DNA of 64,000 nucleotides from an uncultured bacterium (lineage in GTDB: Bacteria > Eisenbacteria > RBG-16-71-46 > JAFGJU01): positions 12,893 through 76,892 of the forward strand of contig CAZMZP010000077.1 in NCBI GenBank assembly GCA_964570935.1, read 5' to 3'. Every line of letters starts with the position of its first letter. Position 1 is the first letter of the stretch. Both the position numbers and the translations under genes were made by a program. Below, piece by piece: positions 28,569 through 36,770 of the stretch. A model generated the notes under the pieces. It did not search any database and was not told the origin of the DNA. It was given only the letters and a program-made list of their open reading frames with translations.

Positions 28569-28616
28569 CCCGCTACCCTCCCATGCTGCGTGGCAGTTTC
28601 ACCCCCGAATGGCGGC

Positions 28617-28645
28617 TTGACTTTGGCCGCTTGGCGTGGTATACT
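28617..28645 (+). promoter_or_regulatory. Strong sigma70-like promoter (TTGACT-N17-TATACT)
   Basis: TTGACTttggccgcttggcgtggTATACT. Predicted TSS about 28653 is immediately followed by a short hairpin plus U-run. Confidence 0.5.
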
Positions 28646-28763
28646 TCTTTTCGTCCTCCAGATGGAGGTCGGTTTCTTTTTTCTGCCGTGGTGGGGTTGC
28701 TGTCCCCGGGGAGTGGTGTACCAGGAGGCGTTGAGTCTCCTGGCTGAAAGGAGCGTGCACCTT

Positions 28764-30323
28764 ATGAGCCGTACAGCTAATGTGTTCCGCTTTGCTCTGC
28801 CTGCTCTTCTCCTGCTGCTGCCGGCCGTGGCGCTGGCCATGCCGTCCGCGGTCAACGTGACGGCCACACTCAATTACCTGAGCGGGCCTCCGGGTAGTCA
28901 GGTTTTCCGTTTTGACTATTCCATCACGAACATCGATGTCCAGCCGAACCTGGCGGGTTTCATAGTGTTTTTCGACTCCGACGGCCTCAACCGGGCGGAT
29001 TTCGTGGAATACGGCACGCCTTACAGCTGGGACGACGTGTTCGTGTTCCCTGAGGGGCCGGATCACGCGTGGAACGTCGAATGGGACGAGCTCGCTGGGC
29101 TCAACCGAATAGAGCCGGGCGCCACGCTTGGCGGGTTCTCGGTCACGTTCACCTGGAACGACCCCAATTCCCTTCCCGGACCTCAGTTCTTTGAGGCGTG
29201 GAACGGCGAGGCCCACGAGGGCACTACGACCGTGGTCCCGGGTTCCGGCATGCTGGGAGCCATCACCGGCACCGTGGTCACTGTCTGCGGCGGCAACACC
29301 GCCGCGACCGCCGGCGTGACCGTCGACCTGTACTCGATTGACAACGTGCTTCTGGCCACGACCGTGACCGACGGCGATGGCCACTACAGCTTCCCGGGGC
29401 TCACGCTGGGTAGCTACAAGATCACGATTGTGACTCCCATGGGCTTCACGGCCGACATGGAGACCAAGACGGCGGTCGTCTCGATGGGCGACCCGACTGT
29501 CGTGGACTTCCAGCTCACCTGCCTGCCGATTTGTCCCAACGCGCGGACGATCGGCTACTGGAAGCATCAGGTGAACGTCTACCTGACCGGCAAGGGCAAG
29601 GCGCAGGAGTCGCTGGCCGAGCTGAGCGCTTACATGGATCAGATTCGAATCCACTTCAACAACAACGTGCTGAATCCGGTCACGATTTTCATGGTGGACG
29701 ATCCCGACGGCGAGACCGCTGACAGCCTGCTCGTGCTCCAGGGACTGCTGACCGTGAACAAGGAAGGCACGATGCTCGACAGGGCCAAGCAGCAGATGGT
29801 AGCCCTGTTGCTCAACGTCGTGTCGCTGAAGCTCTCCCAGGCCTACGTCGTCAGCGCCGACGGAGCGAACGTCAGCCAGGCGATAACGTACGTCGACGGC
29901 CTCATCGACGACAAGATCACGTCAAACGACGAGCTGGCCAAGAGCATCTGCGATTACATCAACAACGGGCTCGTGGTCCCCGCGGGATGGATCCCGACCG
30001 GAACGGAGATCATTTACTACGAGAAGGATCGTCCTGCGAACCTGACCGACACGGCCAGGTGTTATCCGAACCCGTTCTTCGGATCGACCATGATAAGCTT
30101 CGCGCTCAAGGGCAACGGCTCTCAGCCGGTGGCGCTCAAGGTGTTCGACGTGACCGGCAGGGTCGTCAGGACTCTGGTGGACAGAGCCCTGGAACCGGGC
30201 GCTCACGCGGTAACCTGGGACGGCATGAGCGACACTGGAATCCGGACGAGCTCTGGTGTATACTTCTATGAACTGAGGACGCCCGAGCTTGTTACAACCG
30301 GCAAGCTGGTAATGAGGAGGTAG
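28764..30323 (+). CDS. Secreted protein with a novel N-terminal domain, a carboxypeptidase-regulatory-like (CarbopepD_reg/Cna-B type) domain and T9SS CTD
   Basis: RBS AAAGGAG then ATG 28764. Signal peptide MSRTANVFRFALPALLLLLPAVALA. TVTDGDGHYSFPGLTLGSYKI beta-sandwich. C-terminus CYPNPFFGSTMISFAL...VFDVTGRVVRTL...GVYFYEL...KLVMRR. Confidence 0.6.
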   Translation: MSRTANVFRFALPALLLLLPAVALAMPSAVNVTATLNYLSGPPGSQVFRFDYSITNIDVQPNLAGFIVFFDSDGLNRADFVEYGTPYSWDDVFVFPEGPDHAWNVEWDELAGLNRIEPGATLGGFSVTFTWNDPNSLPGPQFFEAWNGEAHEGTTTVVPGSGMLGAITGTVVTVCGGNTAATAGVTVDLYSIDNVLLATTVTDGDGHYSFPGLTLGSYKITIVTPMGFTADMETKTAVVSMGDPTVVDFQLTCLPICPNARTIGYWKHQVNVYLTGKGKAQESLAELSAYMDQIRIHFNNNVLNPVTIFMVDDPDGETADSLLVLQGLLTVNKEGTMLDRAKQQMVALLLNVVSLKLSQAYVVSADGANVSQAITYVDGLIDDKITSNDELAKSICDYINNGLVVPAGWIPTGTEIIYYEKDRPANLTDTARCYPNPFFGSTMISFALKGNGSQPVALKVFDVTGRVVRTLVDRALEPGAHAVTWDGMSDTGIRTSSGVYFYELRTPELVTTGKLVMRR

Positions 30324-30327
30324 TGGG

Positions 30328-30357
30328 GCCGCGGGGCGGTCTCCCGGCCGCCCCGCG
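30328..30357 (+). terminator. GC-rich hairpin (possible U-tract-less terminator) after the T9SS cargo gene
   Basis: 10-bp stem cgcggggcgg/ccgccccgcg with an 8-nt loop. No clear U-run. Confidence 0.3.
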
Positions 30358-30414
30358 TGACCTTGGGTCTGAGATAGAACACCTACAGCGCCCCCAACGG
30401 GGAGGGGAGGTAAA

Positions 30415-31002
30415 ATGAGACATCTGCTATTGCTGCTTCTCGTCGCTTCACTGCTCGGCCCGCTTCTGGCGCCCGGTACTGCCGATGCCCTGCCGTACGC
30501 GGCCGTGGGATACAAGCTGTATCACTACGAGGGCGGGAACTGGGTGAGGTACAAGCAGGGCGACCCCTTCCCGACGGGCGGGGCCACTCCGGGCACGAAC
30601 CTATGGAAGTACAACTACTGGGTCGCGAACGAGACGGCGCCTTCGGGCATCTATCAGCTGTACGTCTACTTCAACTCGGATAACGTGAAGAGGTCGGTGT
30701 ATTCATCGGCCACCGGACCGACCGGCTGGACGCTGCTGAATTTCCCGCCGATTTCGCCGAACAACAACTGGAAGCAGCGTTTTAGGACGACCAACTCGAC
30801 GTACTACGTTATGCCTACAGACACCCTGCCCGGGTACGAGGTCCAGTTCACATGGGTGGACGGGTCCCTGCTCCCGACGCCGCAGAACTACGACGTGGCG
30901 TGGTCGGGCGGTTCAGAGCCGGGCAACACGACCGAGATGCCTCCGGAAATGACGCCTGTGGAAGCGGCCACCTGGAGCAAGATCAAGAGCTACTTCAGGT
31001 AG
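30415..31002 (+). CDS. Small secreted protein sharing a domain with the N-terminus of the 28764-30323 protein. Has a distinctive C-terminal tail.
   Basis: RBS GGGAGGGGAGG. Signal peptide MRHLLLLLLVASLLGPLLAPGTADA. Shared block ...EVQFTWVDGSLLPTPQNYDVAWSGGSEPG. C-terminus TPVEAATWSKIKSYFR. Confidence 0.5.
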   Translation: MRHLLLLLLVASLLGPLLAPGTADALPYAAVGYKLYHYEGGNWVRYKQGDPFPTGGATPGTNLWKYNYWVANETAPSGIYQLYVYFNSDNVKRSVYSSATGPTGWTLLNFPPISPNNNWKQRFRTTNSTYYVMPTDTLPGYEVQFTWVDGSLLPTPQNYDVAWSGGSEPGNTTEMPPEMTPVEAATWSKIKSYFR

Positions 31003-31046
31003 ACGAGAGCGTCGCCTGAACAGCTGACAGAAGACGAGAAGAAAAG

Positions 31047-31085
31047 AAGGCGAGAGCAGCCAAATCTGCTCTCGCCTTTTTCGTC
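31047..31085. terminator. Bidirectional rho-independent terminator between convergent genes
   Basis: 13-bp stem aaggcgagagcag/ctgctctcgcctt, loop ccaaat. tttt follows on the plus strand, and a T-rich run follows on the minus strand. Confidence 0.6.
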
Positions 31086-31180
31086 GGCCCGATTCCGGGG
31101 ATCGTGATTCTACGTCCGCGCGGCTCCACGGCCCGGAGGGGAGTGCCCGCCAGGCCAAGTCCGGCGCGGCCGCGGCCTGC

Positions 31181-33079
31181 CTACCTCCTCAGCAGGACCA
31201 CCTTCTTCGAAACGCTCTTCGACCCGCCATCAAACCTCAAGAAGTAGACGCCGCTCGGGACCTCGCGACCACTGTCGTCCCTGCCGTTCCACTCGAAGCC
31301 GTGGGGACCCGCAGACAGGGGGCCCTCGAAGACCCTGCTCACAAGGCGTCCCTGCGCGTCGAACACCAGCAGCGAGCCCGTCCGGTCGGAATCCATATAC
31401 AAGCTTATCTCGGTCGAACCCAAAAACGGATTGGGCCTGCTCGCGAGCGACGGGAAGGACGGAGTCCTTATTTGCACCGTGCTGTTTGTCGCGTTGAGGT
31501 CTAGGCGTTCGCCGCCCTCGCTGGCGCCCGCGGCTCCCGTCAGCGAGACTTCCGTGCGGTCCCCACCGTCGCCTTCTAGAACCCTGAACGACACTCTCGC
31601 CAGCGCTCCGCTGCCCGGCGGCAGAGGCTCGTCGCCAAGGGCCACGACCATTATGGAGAGCTCACCGTTGGAGGCCGAAAAATATGCGTCTCCGCTCCGC
31701 GCATCCTGACCCATCGCCACCCCCTCCACTGAAAGCACGGTCGGGTCGTACGCGAGTCGCATCTCGACCCCTCCGAAGGCCGACGCGGAGGACACGTTGA
31801 CGGGCAGGCTGAAGCTCGTCTCGCTCTCCCACTCCGGCTCCGCGGACAGGCCGATTGACGCCTGCTCCGTGCCCCCGGACGGCGAAGCCCCTCCGCCGCA
31901 CCATTCGCACCGGGAGCCCAGTATGTGCCTTATGCAGCAGACGACGTCCGTGACGTTGAGCACGCCGTCTCCGTTGCAGTCGCCGCGCGCTACCTCGTCA
32001 GGAGTGCAGCATCCCTCGGGGATGGGGCACATGATGCACTTTATCATTCTGACGATGTCCACCACATCCGCCCTGCCGTCCCCGTTAATGTCGCACTTCT
32101 GCGCCGAACGCACGCACACCGTGCCCGTGATGGGGACGACAGTCGGACACACGGGTACGGGGTTGGCGTTCTCGTCGGCGAAGGCCACTGGGTTGAGCGT
32201 CAGCGTGAAGTCGAAGTCGGGCAGCACCTGCGTAGACTCGAACATTATCATGCTGTCCACAACCATCTCGATGACGATTCTCGCCACCGGGCCGACCCCG
32301 GGCTCGATGATGCCCAGCCCGCCGTCAGTCTTCGAAAGAGGGTGGAACATGAGGTGGAGTCTTTCTCCCGAGAAGGTCCATTCGAGTCCCATGTCCTCGG
32401 CCCTGCCCAGAGGCTCCACGCTCGTCACTTTGAGGTCGAAGCCGCATCGCACGTCCGGGCCGCACCGTATGTCGCGGAACTGCAGGAAGCCGTCGACCGT
32501 CATCTCGGCCCCGGCAACGGACATCGGGTTCGCGAGCGTGAGGTAGAGGGTGCCAGGCGCGCCCGGCGCAACGATTGCGTTGCAGCCGCGGTAATGCGGC
32601 CCGAAGCCCGGCAGGACGCACCCGACCGGAGGCCCGCACTGCTGAACTGTAAAGGAAAGTTCTCTGTGGTCGTATATCACCGTCAACTGTCCGGAATCCA
32701 CTTCGTCCACCAGCAGCAGACAGGGTCCCGGAGGCAGAGTGCCCACAAAATGCGAAATGTCGTACGGCACGATCACATCCGGACAGCCCCGCGCGCTGTC
32801 ACGATGACAGAAAACGCGCATTCGGAACACCGTGCCGATGGGACTCCCGGGCGTCATGACAGGAAGGATCTCTACGTCGTAGCCGTCGTAGTGCCAGCAG
32901 CCGTCCCTGAAGAAGCCGGAGACGTTGAAAAGCACGGAGTCGCAGCCGGTCGGCTGCGGGGGCGCAACACCGACCTCCTGGATGTCCGCACACAGCACGG
33001 CCGGAACAAGCAGCACGGCGGCGAGGACGAGACTGACGGACAGCAGAGCGCGTGACGGAAGAACGTCGTGAAGCTTCAT
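31181..33079 (-). CDS. Secreted protein with dockerin-type (EF-hand-like) repeats and T9SS CTD
   Basis: RBS GGAGGTG. Signal peptide MKLHDVLPSRALLSVSLVLAAVLLVPAVLCA. Dockerin-like pairs CDINGDGRADVVDIVRMIKCIM and GDCNGDGVLNVTDVVCCIRHILG. C-terminus RPNPFLGSTEISL...VFDAQGRLVSRV...GVYFLRF...KKVVLLRR. Confidence 0.6.
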   Translation of the reverse strand: MKLHDVLPSRALLSVSLVLAAVLLVPAVLCADIQEVGVAPPQPTGCDSVLFNVSGFFRDGCWHYDGYDVEILPVMTPGSPIGTVFRMRVFCHRDSARGCPDVIVPYDISHFVGTLPPGPCLLLVDEVDSGQLTVIYDHRELSFTVQQCGPPVGCVLPGFGPHYRGCNAIVAPGAPGTLYLTLANPMSVAGAEMTVDGFLQFRDIRCGPDVRCGFDLKVTSVEPLGRAEDMGLEWTFSGERLHLMFHPLSKTDGGLGIIEPGVGPVARIVIEMVVDSMIMFESTQVLPDFDFTLTLNPVAFADENANPVPVCPTVVPITGTVCVRSAQKCDINGDGRADVVDIVRMIKCIMCPIPEGCCTPDEVARGDCNGDGVLNVTDVVCCIRHILGSRCEWCGGGASPSGGTEQASIGLSAEPEWESETSFSLPVNVSSASAFGGVEMRLAYDPTVLSVEGVAMGQDARSGDAYFSASNGELSIMVVALGDEPLPPGSGALARVSFRVLEGDGGDRTEVSLTGAAGASEGGERLDLNATNSTVQIRTPSFPSLASRPNPFLGSTEISLYMDSDRTGSLLVFDAQGRLVSRVFEGPLSAGPHGFEWNGRDDSGREVPSGVYFLRFDGGSKSVSKKVVLLRR

Positions 33080-33206
33080 AGGAGCTCACCTCCCAAGGAT
33101 GGAGGACGCAGGAGGGAGAAAATGGGCCAGAACCACTCCGCAACAGGCCCCACCCAGAAGGCGCATCAAAAGGGCAGCCACGCTTGGTATTACCCAAGCT
33201 AATGTA

Positions 33207-33235
33207 ATTGTAAACCGAGCGGGGTGATTCGTCAA
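33207..33235 (-). promoter_or_regulatory. Sigma70-like promoter (TTGACG-N17-TACAAT) for the dockerin/T9SS gene
   Basis: Minus-strand reading TTGACGaatcaccccgctcggttTACAAT. A perfect 6-bp hairpin gcttgg-gtaata-ccaagc (33182-33199) sits at the predicted transcript 5' end. Confidence 0.45.
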
Positions 33236-33325
33236 GGGGTGATTCGGGGCAGACTGTGGAACCTCGGGCGGGTGGCCGGTGGGCCACCGCGGGAACCCGC
33301 GAGGCCTGGCCGGGCGGTCGTCCGG

Positions 33326-34807
33326 TCAGGCGGCGCTCTGTTCGGTGGGGACTATTTCCACGTCCAGCGGCCCCACGAGCAGTTCCGGCACGTTGAGCCC
33401 GAACTTCTCGCCTTCTTGGACCCGCTTGATGCTCCTCAAGTAGTTGCCTCGCCTGTCGGTGTCAGCCAGGCTCACTTCAGAACCGCCGCACTGCACTCCG
33501 CCACCGACGGCGATTATCCTGACCATAGGCCGGGCCACGTCGGCGATGTCTGTGGCGGGTTTCACCACAACTGCCGTCTCGGCGGTGTCCAGCTCGAGGA
33601 CCGTACCCACCGGGTATACGCCGACCATGGACACGAATATCTTGACGAGACGGGGGTCGAAGCTCCTTCCGGCCTCCTTCAGGAGATACATCACGCTCTC
33701 GTGCGGAGAGCAGGGCCTGGACCTGTATATCCTGGACGTGGTCATGGCGTCGAACGCGTCAGTGATCCGGACAATTCTACTGTACAAGTCCAGCGGCGTG
33801 TCCGGACGCCTCGACGGGTAGCCGGACCGGTCGAAATTGACGTGGTGCTCGTACGCCACTATTATCGCCCTGAGAGAGCGTTCGTCCAGATGGCAGAGTC
33901 TGGCGAGCAGTCGCGCTCCCTGCAGAGTGTGGGTCTTGACCACGTCCCACTCATTCTGAGTCAGTCCGCCCGGCTTGTTCAGTATGTTCCAGTCGATCTC
34001 CACTTTCCCCACGTCGTGGAACAGCGCGGCCATCCCCAGCTGACCCAACCGCGACTTGCTGAACCCCAACCGCTGCCCCATGGCGACCGAGTAGATGCAC
34101 ACGTTGACGCAGTGATTGAACGTGTATTCGTCGTGGTTCTTGATCGTGGTGAGCCCGAACATGAACGATTCGTCGCCGAGTATGCTGTCCACCAGTGCCT
34201 GCACGACGCGCTTGGCTCGTCTCAGCTTCACGGCCTCAAAACGCGAGGCCGAGTTCATTATCTGCTTCACGACCTTGACCGCCCCGAAGAAGGACTTCTT
34301 GGCCTTCGCCTTCACCTCCTCGGGGGATACGTCGGCGAGGTCCGTTTCGGAGGGTTTGATCTTGTCCAGGTTGATGTTCGCCACACCCTTCTCCTCCAGT
34401 GCCGACGAAAGGCGCTCGAAGCTCGGACCCTCGACCTCCAGTTTCGCGATCGTGTAGGCGAATGCCCTCAGCTCCTCGCCGTTGAAGTTCTCGAGCATGG
34501 TCATACTGCGCAGGCCGAACCTCTCCATCATCTCCACCACGTAGCGGTGACTGGCGTACCCTGAGACGTCCACCCTGAGGCGAATACCGTTCACGTACAG
34601 GCACCCGCACACCAGCTCGATCGCGACGCTGCCCCACGACTTCGTGAGGGGGCCGAGTGCGGCCAGAAACCCGGTTAGAGCGTTCTGCACGGACGCGTTG
34701 TTGGGCTCGTGTATCTTGACTGTCCTCAAGACGACATAGAGCTGGCTGACGAGCTGTCTGCTCTGTCTCACGTCTATTTTCACGCCGGAATCACTCATGG
34801 CTTCCAT
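33326..34807 (-). CDS. HD-GYP domain protein (c-di-GMP phosphodiesterase family)
   Basis: HD motif ...MAALFHDVGK...; HHVNFDRSGYP (HD-GYP signature). N-terminal regulatory domain of about 200 aa. Confidence 0.7.
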   Translation of the reverse strand: MEAMSDSGVKIDVRQSRQLVSQLYVVLRTVKIHEPNNASVQNALTGFLAALGPLTKSWGSVAIELVCGCLYVNGIRLRVDVSGYASHRYVVEMMERFGLRSMTMLENFNGEELRAFAYTIAKLEVEGPSFERLSSALEEKGVANINLDKIKPSETDLADVSPEEVKAKAKKSFFGAVKVVKQIMNSASRFEAVKLRRAKRVVQALVDSILGDESFMFGLTTIKNHDEYTFNHCVNVCIYSVAMGQRLGFSKSRLGQLGMAALFHDVGKVEIDWNILNKPGGLTQNEWDVVKTHTLQGARLLARLCHLDERSLRAIIVAYEHHVNFDRSGYPSRRPDTPLDLYSRIVRITDAFDAMTTSRIYRSRPCSPHESVMYLLKEAGRSFDPRLVKIFVSMVGVYPVGTVLELDTAETAVVVKPATDIADVARPMVRIIAVGGGVQCGGSEVSLADTDRRGNYLRSIKRVQEGEKFGLNVPELLVGPLDVEIVPTEQSAA

Positions 34808-36632
34808 CCTGAGACACGTTAAGACGGCACACCCTTAAGGCGTCGAGACACGCCCTGCGCAGGCCGCCGCGCGACTGCCGCGCCATGCGCTCCAACATGT
34901 CCCGCGCCCTGTCGGAGCCCAGACGACCCACGGCCATTATTGCGCACTTCTTCATCTCGTTGTTGTCCGCCCAGTTCAGGAGGGATCTCTTTCGGATAAG
35001 CTTCTCAAGGACCGGCAGTGCCTCGTCGCTGCCGGTGCGTCCGAGTGCGTCGAACAGCTCGGACTTCTCGTCGGAATCGCTCTTCACGAACGAGTCCCGC
35101 CGGATGTGCTCGCTAAGCAGCACCGCGGCGCGACTGCCGCCGGCGTGGCCGAGCTTCTTGGCCGCCAGCAGGCGTAGTCCCTTCTCCGTGTCGTTCAGCA
35201 GCTTTGCGAGCACGGCCTGCGCTCGCTCGCCGCCCATCTCGGCCAGGCAGTGGGCCAGCTCTGTCCGCACCCTCGGGTCTTCGTGCGCGACCAGAGGCTC
35301 GAGGTAGGAGGTGGCCTGCGTCTCCCGCATGAGCCGCAGGATGTAGACTGCGTTGCGCACGAGGTACCACCTCGGGTCGGAGAGATAGCCCACAAGCGCG
35401 GTGAGGTTTTGTTTTGCCACCACGCTGAGGACCCTGCACAGCATCTCCCTGGACTTCTTGGTCTTAAGCCTGCCCAGCATGTTGCAGAGTGGACCCACGG
35501 AGTTCGGGTTGAGAGCGGACAGGTACTGCGCGTAGCCCGCCAGGGCAGCCAGACTGGCGTCCTCTATGCGGGTCTCCATCAACCCGACCTCATTCTCCTG
35601 CCCCCGTGCTTCTATGAACGAGTCGAGCGCAATCCTGACGTCCGGGGATAGCTCGTCATCTTCGAGTATCCGTCTGATGTCGCCCAGGAGGGACGCCGCC
35701 TCGGCGGGCTTCCCCGCCTCCAGCAGTCCCGCGCAAAGCACCTGGAGCACGCGGGTGAAATCCGCCTTGATGTCCGCGGATGCGTCGCTCCGGACCACAT
35801 CGAGGAAGATCTGCGATACTCTCATCCTGGGATCGTCTTTCTCCTCGGCCAGGATTTCGTGCCCGACCTCACCCAGCTCTTGTTCTGTGAGTGTCAAGTC
35901 CAGCGTGAATGCGCGCTCGTACTCCGTGAACGTGAAGTCCGGCTCGACCGCCAAGCCGTACGAGCCTTGCGGTGCACCGTCCTGCGCTTCGTGCTGAGCC
36001 GCCCGTACCGCGACTCCCGCCTCCGTCCCGGCTTCGCGGGCCGGCCGCGCGGCTTCTTCCTCGGCGGTTTCCAGCTCCAGGTAGTCGTCTACGGCGAGGT
36101 ATGTTATGTGCGCCAGCTCCCGTTCCCATATCTGCGTGACGACGTCGGAGTCCGCGTCCCCGCAATCCGCCTTGGAGCTATTGAGGGCCTCCAGCAGCCA
36201 GGTAATGTCGTCCACCGCGATCCCGTTGTGAAAACTGAGCGCCCTCACGCCGTCCCTGTACAGCTTGAACACGAGGCTCTCGCGCCTGTCGGGGTTGGTG
36301 TTGACGGGTTTGCCGTGATAACAGAGGTCTGTTTCAGTCAGGGTGTACGTCAGAGTCTCGTCCCTCTCGAGGAAGGACGTGAGCGCCGCGAAGAGTCTCT
36401 CGATGGATTCGCGCGGAACGGGGTTGTTCGCCCCGTAGAAATGCAGGTTCTTGTACGCTCTCGTCATGCAGACGGCGACCTCGCCCGCGGCTCTCGCCGC
36501 TGTGGCGGCCTCCGCGCTCTGCGCCGACGTGTCGGTCGTCCGAACGACCTTCTCTTTGCCTCGTGCCGTCTGTTCTATCACAGCCACGTCACTCCAGTCG
36601 AAGTCCCGCGTAAGGCGGAATCGCCGAATCAT
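34791..36632 (-). CDS. HEAT-repeat (PBS-lyase type) protein
   Basis: Repeated DPRWYLVRNAVYILRLM / EDPRVRTELAHCLAEMG / LLNDTEKGLRLLAAKKLGH / MKKCAIMAVGRLGSDRA helical repeats. Overlaps the HD-GYP gene by 17 nt (operon). Confidence 0.5.
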   Translation of the reverse strand: MIRRFRLTRDFDWSDVAVIEQTARGKEKVVRTTDTSAQSAEAATAARAAGEVAVCMTRAYKNLHFYGANNPVPRESIERLFAALTSFLERDETLTYTLTETDLCYHGKPVNTNPDRRESLVFKLYRDGVRALSFHNGIAVDDITWLLEALNSSKADCGDADSDVVTQIWERELAHITYLAVDDYLELETAEEEAARPAREAGTEAGVAVRAAQHEAQDGAPQGSYGLAVEPDFTFTEYERAFTLDLTLTEQELGEVGHEILAEEKDDPRMRVSQIFLDVVRSDASADIKADFTRVLQVLCAGLLEAGKPAEAASLLGDIRRILEDDELSPDVRIALDSFIEARGQENEVGLMETRIEDASLAALAGYAQYLSALNPNSVGPLCNMLGRLKTKKSREMLCRVLSVVAKQNLTALVGYLSDPRWYLVRNAVYILRLMRETQATSYLEPLVAHEDPRVRTELAHCLAEMGGERAQAVLAKLLNDTEKGLRLLAAKKLGHAGGSRAAVLLSEHIRRDSFVKSDSDEKSELFDALGRTGSDEALPVLEKLIRKRSLLNWADNNEMKKCAIMAVGRLGSDRARDMLERMARQSRGGLRRACLDALRVCRLNVSQDGSHE

Positions 36633-36770
36633 CTCCGGACGGTTGCCGCCGAACTCGCGGAGTCCATGCTTCTCCGCGGAATCTATCCTTCTCTGCTATC
36701 GGCAAAAAAGCGGGCCGTCTTAACGAAGACGACCCGCTTGTGATGTTTTTTCCGCCTGTAGGAGTTGGGA

